The position numbers and the translations under genes are program-made. Below are positions 37,310 through 47,042 of a stretch of DNA of 64,000 nucleotides, piece after piece. Under the pieces are notes generated by a model. It was not told the DNA's origin. It did no database searches and saw only the letters and a list, made by a program, of their open reading frames with translations. The stretch lies in the NCBI GenBank assembly GCA_963745405.1, contig CAVUWY010000002.1, positions 1,317,221 through 1,381,220 of the forward strand, in the 5' to 3' direction. Numbering within the stretch: position 1 is the stretch's first letter; each line of letters opens with the position of its first letter. The stretch is from an uncultured Chloroflexia bacterium (GTDB lineage Bacteria > Chloroflexota > Limnocylindria > Limnocylindrales > CSP1-4).

Positions 37310-38632
37310 GTGATCGAGCCGGCCGAGACCGAGCTGGTCCTCGAGACCGAGCTCCTCCGCAATGAGACCGTCGACGGTCCCGCGGTACCCGACATGGGGC
37401 CGCCGACCGACGAGATCCCGCTGTCGCGGAACCGCGACTTCCAGGTCGTCCTCATCGGTCAGGGCCTGTCGTCGGTCGGCGACGCCGTCACGTTCACGGC
37501 CCTGCCGATCCTCGTCCTCGCCCTAACCGGTTCCGGCATCGCGATGGGCATCGCCGGCACCCTCGGGACGCTGCCGGACCTGCTCCTCGGGTTGCCGGCC
37601 GGGGCGTTCGCCGATCGGCTCGACCGGCGCAAGATGATGTTCGGCGCCGATCTCGGTCGGGCCGTCCTCACTGCGCTCATCCCCATCTCGGTCGCTCTCG
37701 ACGGTCCGACGATGGGGGTGATCCTCCTCGTCACCTTCCCGATCAACGCCCTCCGGGTCCTCTGGCTGGCCGCCTATACGGCGGCCGTCCCCGGGCTCGT
37801 CGGCCGATCCCAGGTGGGTCGCGCGAACTCGATCTTCGAGGCGGTGTTCAGCATCGGGTTCGTCCTGGGACCGAGTATCGCCGGCATCCTCGCCCTGACG
37901 ATCGGTCCCGGCCCGACGATCGCGGTCGATGCGGTCTCGTTCTTCATCTCGGCAGCCGCTCTCCTCTTCGTCCGCCGATCGCTCAAGCCGCCGCCGAGGA
38001 CGGTCGACACGCACCTCGTCGCCGAGATCCGCGAGGGCGTCGCCTACGTCGTCAGCCACCGGATCCTCCGGATCGTGATCCTCTACTGGGGTCTCGTCGC
38101 GATCGGCACCGGCGGCCTGACCCAGGCGCTCACGTATCACATGGAGATCGACCGCGGTCTCGGTTCGGCGGTCCTCGGCCTCGTCATCAGCGCATTCGGG
38201 ATCGGTTCGGTGGTGGGCGCGGTCATCGCCACGAAGCTCGTCGGCGGGGTGCTCGGACGGAACATGCTCATCGGCACGTTCATCACGGGGATCGCCATCC
38301 TCACGATCGTCCTCGAGCCGCCGGTCCCGGTCGTCATCGCGGCGGCGTTCATCGCCGGCGTCGCCCAGTCGAACGTCCTCGTGGCGTACATCACGCTGCG
38401 GACGAACCACTCGCCCGATGCGCTCCTCGGTCGGGTCGGGAGCACGGCGAGACTCGTATCGGTCGGGTTGACGCCGATCGGTCTGCTCTCGGCGGGCTTC
38501 ATCATCGATGCGACGAACGGGGCGACCGCCATCGCGGCCATGGGCATCTGGTCGCTCGCCCTCACGGTCGTGTTCGGTCTCTCTGCGACCGTCCGCGGCG
38601 CACGCTCACCCGCGGTCAGGCCGGCGGCCTGA
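37310..38632 (+). CDS. MFS transporter (DHA3-like)
   Basis: GAFADRLDRRKMMFGADLGR, P..LLGRV. Confidence 0.88.
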   Translation: MIEPAETELVLETELLRNETVDGPAVPDMGPPTDEIPLSRNRDFQVVLIGQGLSSVGDAVTFTALPILVLALTGSGIAMGIAGTLGTLPDLLLGLPAGAFADRLDRRKMMFGADLGRAVLTALIPISVALDGPTMGVILLVTFPINALRVLWLAAYTAAVPGLVGRSQVGRANSIFEAVFSIGFVLGPSIAGILALTIGPGPTIAVDAVSFFISAAALLFVRRSLKPPPRTVDTHLVAEIREGVAYVVSHRILRIVILYWGLVAIGTGGLTQALTYHMEIDRGLGSAVLGLVISAFGIGSVVGAVIATKLVGGVLGRNMLIGTFITGIAILTIVLEPPVPVVIAAAFIAGVAQSNVLVAYITLRTNHSPDALLGRVGSTARLVSVGLTPIGLLSAGFIIDATNGATAIAAMGIWSLALTVVFGLSATVRGARSPAVRPAA

Positions 38633-38700
38633 CGCGCGGACGATACGAGGCGGCCCCGGCCGGTCCGAACTGAGCGCGACCGGTCGGGGCCGATGGATGG

Positions 38701-38859
38701 TCAGCGACCGCGTCGATCGCGGCGACGGCCGCCGAGCGGCGGCTCGAAGCAGAGCGGGCAGGGGAGCAGCGGTCCGTGGCTGTGTTGGGCGTGGTCTGAG
38801 GCGAGCTGACGCTGGACCAGTTCGAGGGTTCGCGCAGACGTCGTTCGTGACGGTGACAC
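38701..38859 (-). CDS. 52-aa His/Cys microprotein
   Basis: AAGGAG-8 nt-GTG; MSPSRTTSARTLELVQRQLASDHAQHSHGPLLPCPLCFEPPLGGRRRDRRGR. Confidence 0.5.
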   Translation of the reverse strand: MSPSRTTSARTLELVQRQLASDHAQHSHGPLLPCPLCFEPPLGGRRRDRRGR

Positions 38860-38993
38860 TGAGAGTTCTCCTTGAGGTGGGATGGTCGACGTCCGGCTCC
38901 AAGGGTCGCCCCCGCGCCTCCGACCGGCGATGAGCTGCCGTCGAGGCCCCGATGCGACGAATGTCTCGGAGTGGTCGGTGGCGCGAGGCTGGC

Positions 38994-40139
38994 CTACGCG
39001 GTCGTGCCCGGTTCCGTGAAGCGGATCCCACGGGCGGCGGCGTCCCTCGCGAAGAACCGGAACAGGCGGTCGCCCTCCTCCTCGATGGCCCGGCGATCGG
39101 CGGTGCTCAGCGGGTCGTATGGCGCGATCTCGAGGCCGACAGCGTCACCGCGGCCCGACCGGACGATCTTCCAGGTCGCCCGAACCCAACCGTCGAGGAG
39201 GACCATCGGGGCCCCGAGGCCGTGGAGGATCCGGTCGCGATGCTCATCGGGGATGATCCGGCCCCGGTCGGCGTAGGCGACGAGGACGTTGTCGAACTCG
39301 CCGATGAACCGCGGCGGGGCGGGGGTCGACGGGTCCGGGAGCGGCCCGTCCGGGAGGTCGAAGAGCTCGCGGCCGTGCTCGTCGGTGAACGTGCGAAGCC
39401 GCGGGTGAAGGCGCTCGAAGGTCGGTCGCAGGCCGGCCAGGCCCGACCATGCGGATGCGTCGCCCACGGTCGCCGGACCGAAGCCGGCGAGGTAGCGAAG
39501 GACGACGTCGTCGGCCGCCTGGGAGGTCGAAGGGGGCCGGCCGAGCCAGCCTTCCATCGTCGTCCAGGTGGCCTGACCGGATCGGCCCCAGAGGCCTCGG
39601 GGCGGCACCTGGACCAGGGGGATCAGGTACGTCGCCGCATAGGCCAGTGACGATGCGTCGCGATCCGGCCAGTGCACCTGGAGGAGGCGCCCGAGCTCGG
39701 CCCTGGTCCGCGGCCGCTCCTCGAGGAGAGACCGCCCGGCCTCGACGACGGCATCGATGTCGAGCCCGGCGAGCGCCCGGGCGAAGCCGGTGGCCATGAA
39801 CCCGCGCTCGATGACCGGACGCACGACTGACCGCATCGCCAGCGCGTCGTCGGCCGAGACGAGATGGATGGTTCCCCGCATCAGGGTGGCCCGGACCGCC
39901 GTCCTGCCGGCGAGGAGAACGGCCAGGTCGGCGGGCGCGAAGCGCTCGAGGCGCGACCAGAGCCCGACGTAGGGGGCGTTGGGGACCTGCGACTGCATCC
40001 CCGCGAGGCGCTCGATCATCTCGAGGGGCGCGGCGGCGGCCCTCTCGAGAAGACCCTGCCGGGCGAGCAGTGCACGGTTCAGGGAGCGCCGGTCCAGGAT
40101 GGGGCCGTAGGCGGGCGTGACGGTCCGCTGCGGTCGCAT
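38994..40139 (-). CDS. AlkZ-like (HTH_42) DNA glycosylase
   Basis: LNRALLARQ.LL, QSQ motif, MRGTIH, EFDN. Confidence 0.85.
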   Translation of the reverse strand: MRPQRTVTPAYGPILDRRSLNRALLARQGLLERAAAAPLEMIERLAGMQSQVPNAPYVGLWSRLERFAPADLAVLLAGRTAVRATLMRGTIHLVSADDALAMRSVVRPVIERGFMATGFARALAGLDIDAVVEAGRSLLEERPRTRAELGRLLQVHWPDRDASSLAYAATYLIPLVQVPPRGLWGRSGQATWTTMEGWLGRPPSTSQAADDVVLRYLAGFGPATVGDASAWSGLAGLRPTFERLHPRLRTFTDEHGRELFDLPDGPLPDPSTPAPPRFIGEFDNVLVAYADRGRIIPDEHRDRILHGLGAPMVLLDGWVRATWKIVRSGRGDAVGLEIAPYDPLSTADRRAIEEEGDRLFRFFARDAAARGIRFTEPGTTA

Positions 40140-40215
40140 CCGACCCATGATATGGCGGTACAGGCGTTGCGGAGTGCGCTACCTTCCCTGTGCACCCCGC
40201 CGTTCGAGGTCCTCG

Positions 40216-43200
40216 ATGACCTGTCCCACATGCGGCAGTACGAACCCAGCCGGCGCGAAGTTCTGCAACGAGTGCGCGACCCGCCTCAACGCGACCTGCC
40301 CCTCCTGCGGAGCGGCGAATCCGCCGACGGCGAAGTTCTGCTCCGAGTGCGCGACGAACCTGTCGGGGACTTCGGCGGGCGAGCCGTCGGCGGCGATCGC
40401 CGCGCCCGCGACGGCTGCCCCCGTCGCCGAGCGTCGCCTCGTCAGCGTCCTCTTCGCCGATCTCGTCGGCTTCACCCCGTTCTCCGAAGAGCGCGATCCC
40501 GAGGCCGTCCGCGAGACGCTGACCGCCTACTACGACAGGGCCCGGCTCGCCGTCGAGCGCCACGGCGGCACGATCGAGAAGTTCATCGGCGATGCCGTGA
40601 TGGCGGTCTGGGGCACGCCGGTCGCCCACGAGGACGACGCAGAACGGGCCGTCCGCGCGGCCCTCGAGATAGTCGATTCGACGCGGGACCTGGGGGCGGG
40701 GATCGAGGCCCGGGCGGGAGTCCTTACCGGGGAAGCGGCAGTCAACCTCGGGGCCGTAGGCCAGGGCATGGTCGCCGGCGACCTCGTCAACTCGGCCGCC
40801 CGACTCCAGGCCGCTGCGCGGCCCAGCGCGGTCCTCGTCGGCGAGGCGACGATGCGGGCATCGGAGGCCGCGATCGGCTACGAGCCGATCGGTACGCTCG
40901 ACGTCAAGGGCCGTTCGACGCCGATCGAGGCGTGGCAGGCCCGCCGGGTCCTCGCCCAGCGCGGCGGCCACGGCCGGACCGAGGCGCTCGAGGCGCCGTT
41001 CGTCGGCCGCGACGACGAGCTGAGGCTGCTCAAGGACACGCTCCATGCGACGGGCCGCGACCGCCGGGTCCGCCTCGTCTCGATCACCGGCCCGGCCGGC
41101 ATCGGGAAGAGCCGGCTCGCCTGGGAGCTCGAGAAGTACATCGACGGCGTCGTCGAGCCCATCTACTGGCACCGCGGCCGCTCGCCCTCGTACGGCGACG
41201 GGGTCGCGTTCTGGGCGCTCGGCGAGATGGTCCGCCGCCGGGCCGGCCTCCTCGAGGGCGACGACGACCAGACGACCCGGTCGCGCATCGCCGCCACGCT
41301 CGCGGAGTACGTCGGTGACCCGGAGGATCGCGCGTGGGTCGAGCGAGCCGTGCTCGCGCTCCTCGGTCTCGAACCGGCTCCGCCCGGGGGGCGAGACGTC
41401 CTCTTCGCCGGCTGGCGGATGTTCTTCGAGTACGTGAGCCGGCGCGGCACGGCCGTCCTCCTGTTCGAGGACGTCCAATGGGCCGATAGCGGTCTCCTCG
41501 ACTTCATCGACCATCTCCTCGAGTGGTCGAAGGGAGCGCCGATCCTCGTCGTCACCCTCGCCCGCCCCGAGCTCATCGAGCGGCGCTCGGAGTGGGGCGC
41601 GGGGAAGCGCCGTCTCACCTCCGTCGCGCTCGAGCCCCTCGGCGACGGCGCCATGCGAGAGCTCCTCAGCGGCCTCGTGCCCGGCCTGCCGGAACCGTCC
41701 GTCGCGGCGATCCTCGCCCGCGCCGACGGCATCCCCCTCTACGCGGTCGAGACGGTGCGGATGCTCCTCGCCGACGGCCTCCTCGAGCGATCGGGCGACG
41801 CCTACCGCCCGACCGGTGACCTGACCCGCCTTGCGGTCCCCGACACGCTGCGTTCGCTCATCGGGGCGCGGCTCGACGCCCTCGACCCGGACGACCGCCG
41901 CCTCATCCAGGACGCGGCGATCCTCGGGCGGACATTCATTGCGGCAGCGCTGGCGGAGATCGCGGGAACGGACGAGACAGCGGTCGACAGCCGCCTGCAC
42001 GGCCTCGTGCGAAGCGAGATCCTCGAGCTCGAGGCCGACCCGCGTTCCCCGGAGCGGGGCCAGTACGGCTTCGTCCAATCGCTCATCCGCGAGGTCGCGT
42101 ACGACACGATCAGCCGTCGCGATCGACGTACCCGCCACCTCGCGGCCGCCCGATACTTCGAGTCACTCGACGACCCCGAGATCGCCGGCGCGCTCGCCTC
42201 CCACTACCGCTGGGCCCACGACGCCTCCGAGGCGGGCCCGGAAGCGGCGGCCCTCGCCGGGCAGGCTCGACTCGCACTGCGCGCCGCGGCCGATCGGGCG
42301 GCGGCACTCGGCGGGCACCAGCAGGCGGTCGGCTACCTCGAAGATGCGCTCGACGTCGCCGACACGCCGGCCGATCGGGCCGAGCTCCTGGAACGAGCCG
42401 CGACGTCAGCCGACTCGATGACCGACTACGCCGCCGCCGAGCGGTTCGCGACGCGGGCCGTCGAGGAGTTCCGGACTGCCGGCGACTCGCTCGGCGCTGC
42501 CCGGGCGACGGCGCTCCTCGGCTGGAGCGTCATCAATGCCGGCGACGTCAAGCGCGCGTCGCAGCTCCTGGCCGCGGCCCACGCCGAATTGCCCGAGAGC
42601 GAACGGGGCACCGAGATCGAGGTGATTCTCCTCGTCCACCTCTCACGGGCGGCCTTCCGCGGGGGCGAGATGGCGAAGGCGGCCGAGTTCGCCGACCGAG
42701 CTCTTGCTCTGGCCGAGCCGCGGAACGACGAGGCCCTCATCGCGGAGGCCTTCATCAACAAGGGCTCGAGCTACGACTTCGACGGACGCGTGCGTGAGGC
42801 GACGGCGCTCTACGAGGCCGCCCTCCGCATCGCCCGGGCGAAGGGGCTCATCGCGAGCGAGTTGCGGGCGATCAACAATCTCGGCGGAGCGACGTGGGGT
42901 GCCGATCCAACGGCCGCGGTGGAGATCGTCCGATCTGGCGTCGATCTCGCGGCCAGGGTCGGGAACCGGGGGATGGGCGCCTGGCTGGTCGGAACCTATG
43001 GTTACTTCTCATTCATCCTGGGTGTCGATTGGCCGGGCCGGGTGGCGATCCTCGAGGAGGAGCTCGCGCGCAATCGCGCTCCCGGCGATCGGCTGCGGCT
43101 CGTCAGCGTCCTCGTCCAGTACGGTGGAGCGATGGGCGTCGACGTCTCTGGACGGCTGGCGGAGCTCGCGGAGCTCGAGGAGGGGATCAGCGATCCGCAG

Positions 43201-43764
43201 CTTCTCAGCGGGGCTCAGATCGCCCGCACCGAGGCCGCGCTCGCGGCCGGCGACCTCGATGCGGCGCTCGTGGCAGGCCTGCGCACCGTCGAGATCTTTC
43301 CGGACTACGGAGACTGGGGCCTGCGGGCGGTCGTCCGGGTGGCCATCGCCCGGGGCGACGCCGAGCTGGCGACGACGGGCCAGGTCGGTCTCGACGCCCT
43401 CGCGTACGGGGACCGGGCGACGAGCTCATGGCGGGCGTGGGCGGCCGCGGTCGTCTCTGCCCTCGAAGGCAGCGGGATGGAGGCGAAGGCGGCATTCCGG
43501 ACCGTGCTCGCCGAGCTGCGGGCGCTCGGCTTCGACCTCGAGATCGGGCGGACGACCATCGACATGGTCCACCTCTTCGGCCTCGACGATCCGTTCGTCC
43601 GCGAAGCGGCCGAAGAGTCGAAGGTCCTGTTCGAGCGGATCGGGGCCCGGGCATGGTCGGAGCGGCTCGACGAGGCCGTGGCCCTGGCCCGAGGCGACCA
43701 CCCCCCGCGATCGGAGACCGGGGTTGCCCCCGACGCGGAGGTCAGTCCGCTCGGTCGGCCCTGA
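40216..43764 (+). CDS. Class III adenylate/guanylate cyclase with double Zn-ribbon, STAND ATPase and TPR
   Basis: CxxC repeats, LFADLVGFT, KFIGDAVMA, VN.AARLQ, GIGKSRL. Confidence 0.92.
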   Translation: MTCPTCGSTNPAGAKFCNECATRLNATCPSCGAANPPTAKFCSECATNLSGTSAGEPSAAIAAPATAAPVAERRLVSVLFADLVGFTPFSEERDPEAVRETLTAYYDRARLAVERHGGTIEKFIGDAVMAVWGTPVAHEDDAERAVRAALEIVDSTRDLGAGIEARAGVLTGEAAVNLGAVGQGMVAGDLVNSAARLQAAARPSAVLVGEATMRASEAAIGYEPIGTLDVKGRSTPIEAWQARRVLAQRGGHGRTEALEAPFVGRDDELRLLKDTLHATGRDRRVRLVSITGPAGIGKSRLAWELEKYIDGVVEPIYWHRGRSPSYGDGVAFWALGEMVRRRAGLLEGDDDQTTRSRIAATLAEYVGDPEDRAWVERAVLALLGLEPAPPGGRDVLFAGWRMFFEYVSRRGTAVLLFEDVQWADSGLLDFIDHLLEWSKGAPILVVTLARPELIERRSEWGAGKRRLTSVALEPLGDGAMRELLSGLVPGLPEPSVAAILARADGIPLYAVETVRMLLADGLLERSGDAYRPTGDLTRLAVPDTLRSLIGARLDALDPDDRRLIQDAAILGRTFIAAALAEIAGTDETAVDSRLHGLVRSEILELEADPRSPERGQYGFVQSLIREVAYDTISRRDRRTRHLAAARYFESLDDPEIAGALASHYRWAHDASEAGPEAAALAGQARLALRAAADRAAALGGHQQAVGYLEDALDVADTPADRAELLERAATSADSMTDYAAAERFATRAVEEFRTAGDSLGAARATALLGWSVINAGDVKRASQLLAAAHAELPESERGTEIEVILLVHLSRAAFRGGEMAKAAEFADRALALAEPRNDEALIAEAFINKGSSYDFDGRVREATALYEAALRIARAKGLIASELRAINNLGGATWGADPTAAVEIVRSGVDLAARVGNRGMGAWLVGTYGYFSFILGVDWPGRVAILEEELARNRAPGDRLRLVSVLVQYGGAMGVDVSGRLAELAELEEGISDPQLLSGAQIARTEAALAAGDLDAALVAGLRTVEIFPDYGDWGLRAVVRVAIARGDAELATTGQVGLDALAYGDRATSSWRAWAAAVVSALEGSGMEAKAAFRTVLAELRALGFDLEIGRTTIDMVHLFGLDDPFVREAAEESKVLFERIGARAWSERLDEAVALARGDHPPRSETGVAPDAEVSPLGRP

Positions 43765-43891
43765 TGAGCTCCAGTAGCTCGTCCCGGTTCGCGACGTGGC
43801 GGTAGAGCGTGGTCGTGCCGGTGTCGAGGGACGCCGCAAGGGGGCTCATCGAGAGCGCCTCGAGCCCCTCGACGTCGGCCAGTTCGACCGC
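43763..43891 (-). pseudogene. TetR HTH remnant
   Basis: AVELADVEGLEALSM/LAASLDTGTTTLYRHVANRDELLEL with frameshift. Confidence 0.65.
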
Positions 43892-43943
43892 TCAGGTGAA
43901 GAGAAAGGTTAAGGAATTTACACCGACGAACATGCAAAAACCC

Positions 43944-43972
43944 TTGGCTTTCATGCACTGAGGCAGTACAGT
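43944..43972 (+). promoter_or_regulatory. Sigma70-type promoter
   Basis: TTGGCT-17 bp-TACAGT with AT-rich upstream tract. Confidence 0.6.
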
Positions 43973-43978
43973 AATGAG

Positions 43979-44158
43979 GCTGCGAGAGCGGCCAGCTGCC
44001 CCAGCACCAAGGTCATGGGTAGGTAGGGTCAGGGTAGTCGGTGCAGCCGACGTGATAGATGCCCTTGATGCGCGGCAGAAGGCGTACCGTTTCGGCGGAT
44101 CGCACCTTCACCGGGACAGCACCGGAGCGGTTCCTTCGGGAACCGCTCCGAACTTTTT
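43979..44158 (+). ncRNA. Candidate stand-alone structured small RNA
   Basis: Lies between promoter and terminator, nested complementary segments, no RBS-led ORF. Confidence 0.5.
44123..44158 (+). terminator. Intrinsic terminator
   Basis: CGGAGCGGTTCC-TTCG-GGAACCGCTCCG-AACTTTTT. Confidence 0.8.
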
Positions 44159-44207
44159 ACCCCCGAAACCCGTCGCGAAGTGCGTGCGCCCGCGCGTCGG
44201 TGGAGCG

Positions 44208-45086
44208 TCAGCCGCGTGAGGCGAGCGGGTCGTAGCGCTCGACGAACGGCGCTCGCCACGCAGCCGCCTCGAACGGCTCCGTGTAGTAATGCGTCTCGCG
44301 GCGGACCCGGCCGTCGCCCACGTCGACGATCCCGCCGATGAACCAGCGCCCTGCGTCGGGATAGTCGTTGACGCCCTCGATGACGACGATCGGGCCGGCG
44401 CCGTGGACGCGGATCGGGGTGAACATCGCGGTCAGCTCCCAACCCTCGCCCGGGGCCCGCGACTCGTGGAAATTGAGCGTCGGGTAGCCTGGATAGTCGG
44501 CGTGGATGGCCACGTCGGCCTCGTGGTTGGGGATCCGCTCGCCGGACTGCGGCCAGTCCGTCGTCCAGCCCGGCGCCCGGTAGCGGCGGAGGGTCTCGAA
44601 ATCGCGCACCGCCATCGCCTTGGCGTAGCCGTCGGTCAGCTCGCTGAGTGCCGCCCCGCGGAGGTCGGCGGCCGGCGGCAGGTCCGGAGGCGTCGCCCGA
44701 CCGTCGATCCGCTCGACGTGGGCCGCCCGCCAGGCGGGCGCCTCGAGCGTCTGTCCGAAGTACTCCGTCGTGGCGGCGATGCGCTCGCCCTCGAGCTCGA
44801 GGATGGCGAGAAGGAACCAGTCGCCGGAATCTGGGTAGGTGACGCTCCCCTCGACGGTCCACAGCTCGTCGCGCCCGACGATCCGGCGGATCGAAGTGAG
44901 GACGGGCATCCCGCCCGGAAAGGCGTCCTCGATGCTCCGCAGCGCCTCCCGGCCGCGGATGAGCTCGCCCGATTGCGGCCAGCGCCCGACGTGGCCGGCG
45001 GTCCGGATGGCGTCGGACGCCCCGACATCGCCCGCCTCCAGGGCGTCGACCCAGCGGCCGACCGCTCCGGGCGCCTGCACAGCCAT
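44208..45086 (-). CDS. Tandem SnoaL/NTF2-like protein
   Basis: Two WPQSGE...Y...EAxAWRA repeats. Confidence 0.8.
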   Translation of the reverse strand: MAVQAPGAVGRWVDALEAGDVGASDAIRTAGHVGRWPQSGELIRGREALRSIEDAFPGGMPVLTSIRRIVGRDELWTVEGSVTYPDSGDWFLLAILELEGERIAATTEYFGQTLEAPAWRAAHVERIDGRATPPDLPPAADLRGAALSELTDGYAKAMAVRDFETLRRYRAPGWTTDWPQSGERIPNHEADVAIHADYPGYPTLNFHESRAPGEGWELTAMFTPIRVHGAGPIVVIEGVNDYPDAGRWFIGGIVDVGDGRVRRETHYYTEPFEAAAWRAPFVERYDPLASRG

Positions 45087-45172
45087 CGATGGATCCCCTC
45101 TCCTCAGCGGGTACCCGGCCATCGTAGGTCGGCGGTCAACGACCCCCGACGCAGCGCCCGGGTCGGCGCCCG

Positions 45173-45664
45173 TCAGTCGTCCTGGATCGTCACCTTCGTC
45201 ATCGCCACCGGCTCGTTCGGCAGGTCGCGGTGGTTCCGCGGCGCGTCGACGATCTTGTCGACGACGTCCATGCCCTTGGTGACGAGGCCGAACAGGGTGT
45301 AGTTCTTCGGCAGCCGCCCGGTGAGGTCGTCGGTGCAGACGAAGAACTGGCTGCCGTTCGTATTCGGGCCGGCGTTGGCCATGGCGAGCGAGCCGCGGAC
45401 GTAGTCGCCCTTGACCGGCTCGTCCTCGAACGTGCGGCCGGGGCCGCCCGTCCCGACCCGGCCGGTGTCGAGCTTCGTCTTCTTGCCGTACTGGCCGTCG
45501 CCGCCCTGGATCACGAAGCCGGGGATGACGCGGTGGAAGATGACGTCGTCGTAGAAGCCCTTGTTCGCCAGCTCGATGAAGTTGGCGACGGCCTTCGGGG
45601 CGCTCTGGTCGTAGAGCTCGACCTCGATGTCGCCGATCTCGGTGGCGATGGTGGCTCGGGTCAT
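45173..45664 (-). CDS. Cyclophilin PPIase
   Basis: FHRVIPGFVIQGG, AMANAGPNTNGSQFF. Confidence 0.93.
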   Translation of the reverse strand: MTRATIATEIGDIEVELYDQSAPKAVANFIELANKGFYDDVIFHRVIPGFVIQGGDGQYGKKTKLDTGRVGTGGPGRTFEDEPVKGDYVRGSLAMANAGPNTNGSQFFVCTDDLTGRLPKNYTLFGLVTKGMDVVDKIVDAPRNHRDLPNEPVAMTKVTIQDD

Positions 45665-45683
45665 GCGGGGGCTCCTCCGTCGG

Positions 45684-46331
45684 TCAGGGGGTGGTGCTGG
45701 TGACCGCGGTCATCGGCACCGGATCGAGGGCGGCGTTGGCGGGATCTCCGCTGTTGGGCATCGCGGCGATCGCGTCGACCGTGTCCATGCCCGACGTGAC
45801 GTGGCCGAAGACCGAGTACTGGGGCGGCAGGCCGTTGTCCGCCAGGACTATGAAGAACTGGCTGCTGTTCGTGTCGGGTCCGGAGTTGGCCATGGCGACC
45901 GTCCCCCGAGTGTAGGGCACCGAGACCGGGTCGTCGGCGAAGAGGTAGTCCGGTCCGCCCTGGCCGACCTTGGAGGCGTCGACGTTCGGGGTCCGGCCGT
46001 ACTGGCCGTCGCCCCCCTGGATCACGAAGCCGGGCACGAGCCGGTGGAAGATGACGCCGTCGTAGTAGTGGCAGTTCACGAGTGCGACGAAGTTGGCCGC
46101 CGCCAGGGGCCCCAGCTTGCCCTCGACCTTGATGACGATCGCGCCCTTCGGCGTCGTGATCGTCACGGTGGCCGTCGCGTTCGCCGCCATCGGCGTCGGG
46201 CCGGTCGTCGGGCAGCCCGGCAGGCTCCCGCCGCCGGAGTCGGGCGGCGGCGTCTCCGCCGCGCTGCAGGCGGCCAGGGAGAGCGCGACCGCGAGCGCAA
46301 GGACCGACCAGCCGGCCCGCGTCCGCCTCAT
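45684..46331 (-). CDS. Cyclophilin PPIase, lipoprotein
   Basis: LAAC lipobox; FHRLVPGFVIQGG. Confidence 0.9.
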   Translation of the reverse strand: MRRTRAGWSVLALAVALSLAACSAAETPPPDSGGGSLPGCPTTGPTPMAANATATVTITTPKGAIVIKVEGKLGPLAAANFVALVNCHYYDGVIFHRLVPGFVIQGGDGQYGRTPNVDASKVGQGGPDYLFADDPVSVPYTRGTVAMANSGPDTNSSQFFIVLADNGLPPQYSVFGHVTSGMDTVDAIAAMPNSGDPANAALDPVPMTAVTSTTP

Positions 46332-47026
46332 GCCGCGGCCTCCAGGGCGGCCGGATATGCGATCGCTCCCGATAGGAGCGGCTCGCCGATGATCACCCCG
46401 TCGACGCCGGCGTCGCGGAGCCGCTCGATGCCGGCGGTGTCGCCGATCCCGCCGGCGACGAGGACCTCGAGGCCGTGCCGGTGGGCCGTCGTGGCGAGAC
46501 TGCCGACGTCGGCGCCGCCCCCGTGGGAGAGCACGACTCGCGCCACCCCGGACTCCGCGATGAGGGCGACGAAGCCGTCGATCGAGGCGGGCATCGGCCG
46601 GTGCCAGGCGAAGGCGGCCAGCCGCTCCGGGCGCGGGTCGAGCCCCACCGCGAGCCAGTCACCGGCGACGGCGAGGCATTCCCGCAATCGCTCGGGATCG
46701 TCGACGACCTCCATGCCGAGGACGACCCGGGTCGCCCCGGCGGCGAAGGCGAGGCGGATGTGATCGGGCTGCTCGAGACCGCCGGCGAGCTGGATCGGCA
46801 CCGCGATCGTGGCGGCGATCCGCCCGACGGACTCGAGATTGGCCGGCACGCCCGCCCGGGCGCCGTCGACGTCGACGAGATGGACGACCCGGGCGCCATC
46901 CGCCACGAACCGTTCGACGATCCGCTCCGGCCGGTCGGTCGGCACGCCTACGCCGGTCGAGGCACCCGGCCAGGAGACGATCCGCGATCGACCGTCGGCC
47001 AGGTCGATCGACGGGATCACCTGCAT
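46328..47026 (-). CDS. HisA/HisF-like TIM-barrel protein (divergent)
   Basis: IPSIDL, HLVDVDGA, QLAGGL, AGGI. Confidence 0.75.
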   Translation of the reverse strand: MQVIPSIDLADGRSRIVSWPGASTGVGVPTDRPERIVERFVADGARVVHLVDVDGARAGVPANLESVGRIAATIAVPIQLAGGLEQPDHIRLAFAAGATRVVLGMEVVDDPERLRECLAVAGDWLAVGLDPRPERLAAFAWHRPMPASIDGFVALIAESGVARVVLSHGGGADVGSLATTAHRHGLEVLVAGGIGDTAGIERLRDAGVDGVIIGEPLLSGAIAYPAALEAAA

Positions 47027-47042
47027 CGGGTGGCCTGACGGA

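Noticed and set aside
39244-42138. 964-aa minus ORF and similar long Arg/Pro-rich ORFs
   Set aside because: High-GC shadow frames with no motifs.
43974-44219. 81-aa ORF over the sRNA candidate
   Set aside because: The ATG is 1 nt after the -10, there is no RBS, and it runs through the terminator.
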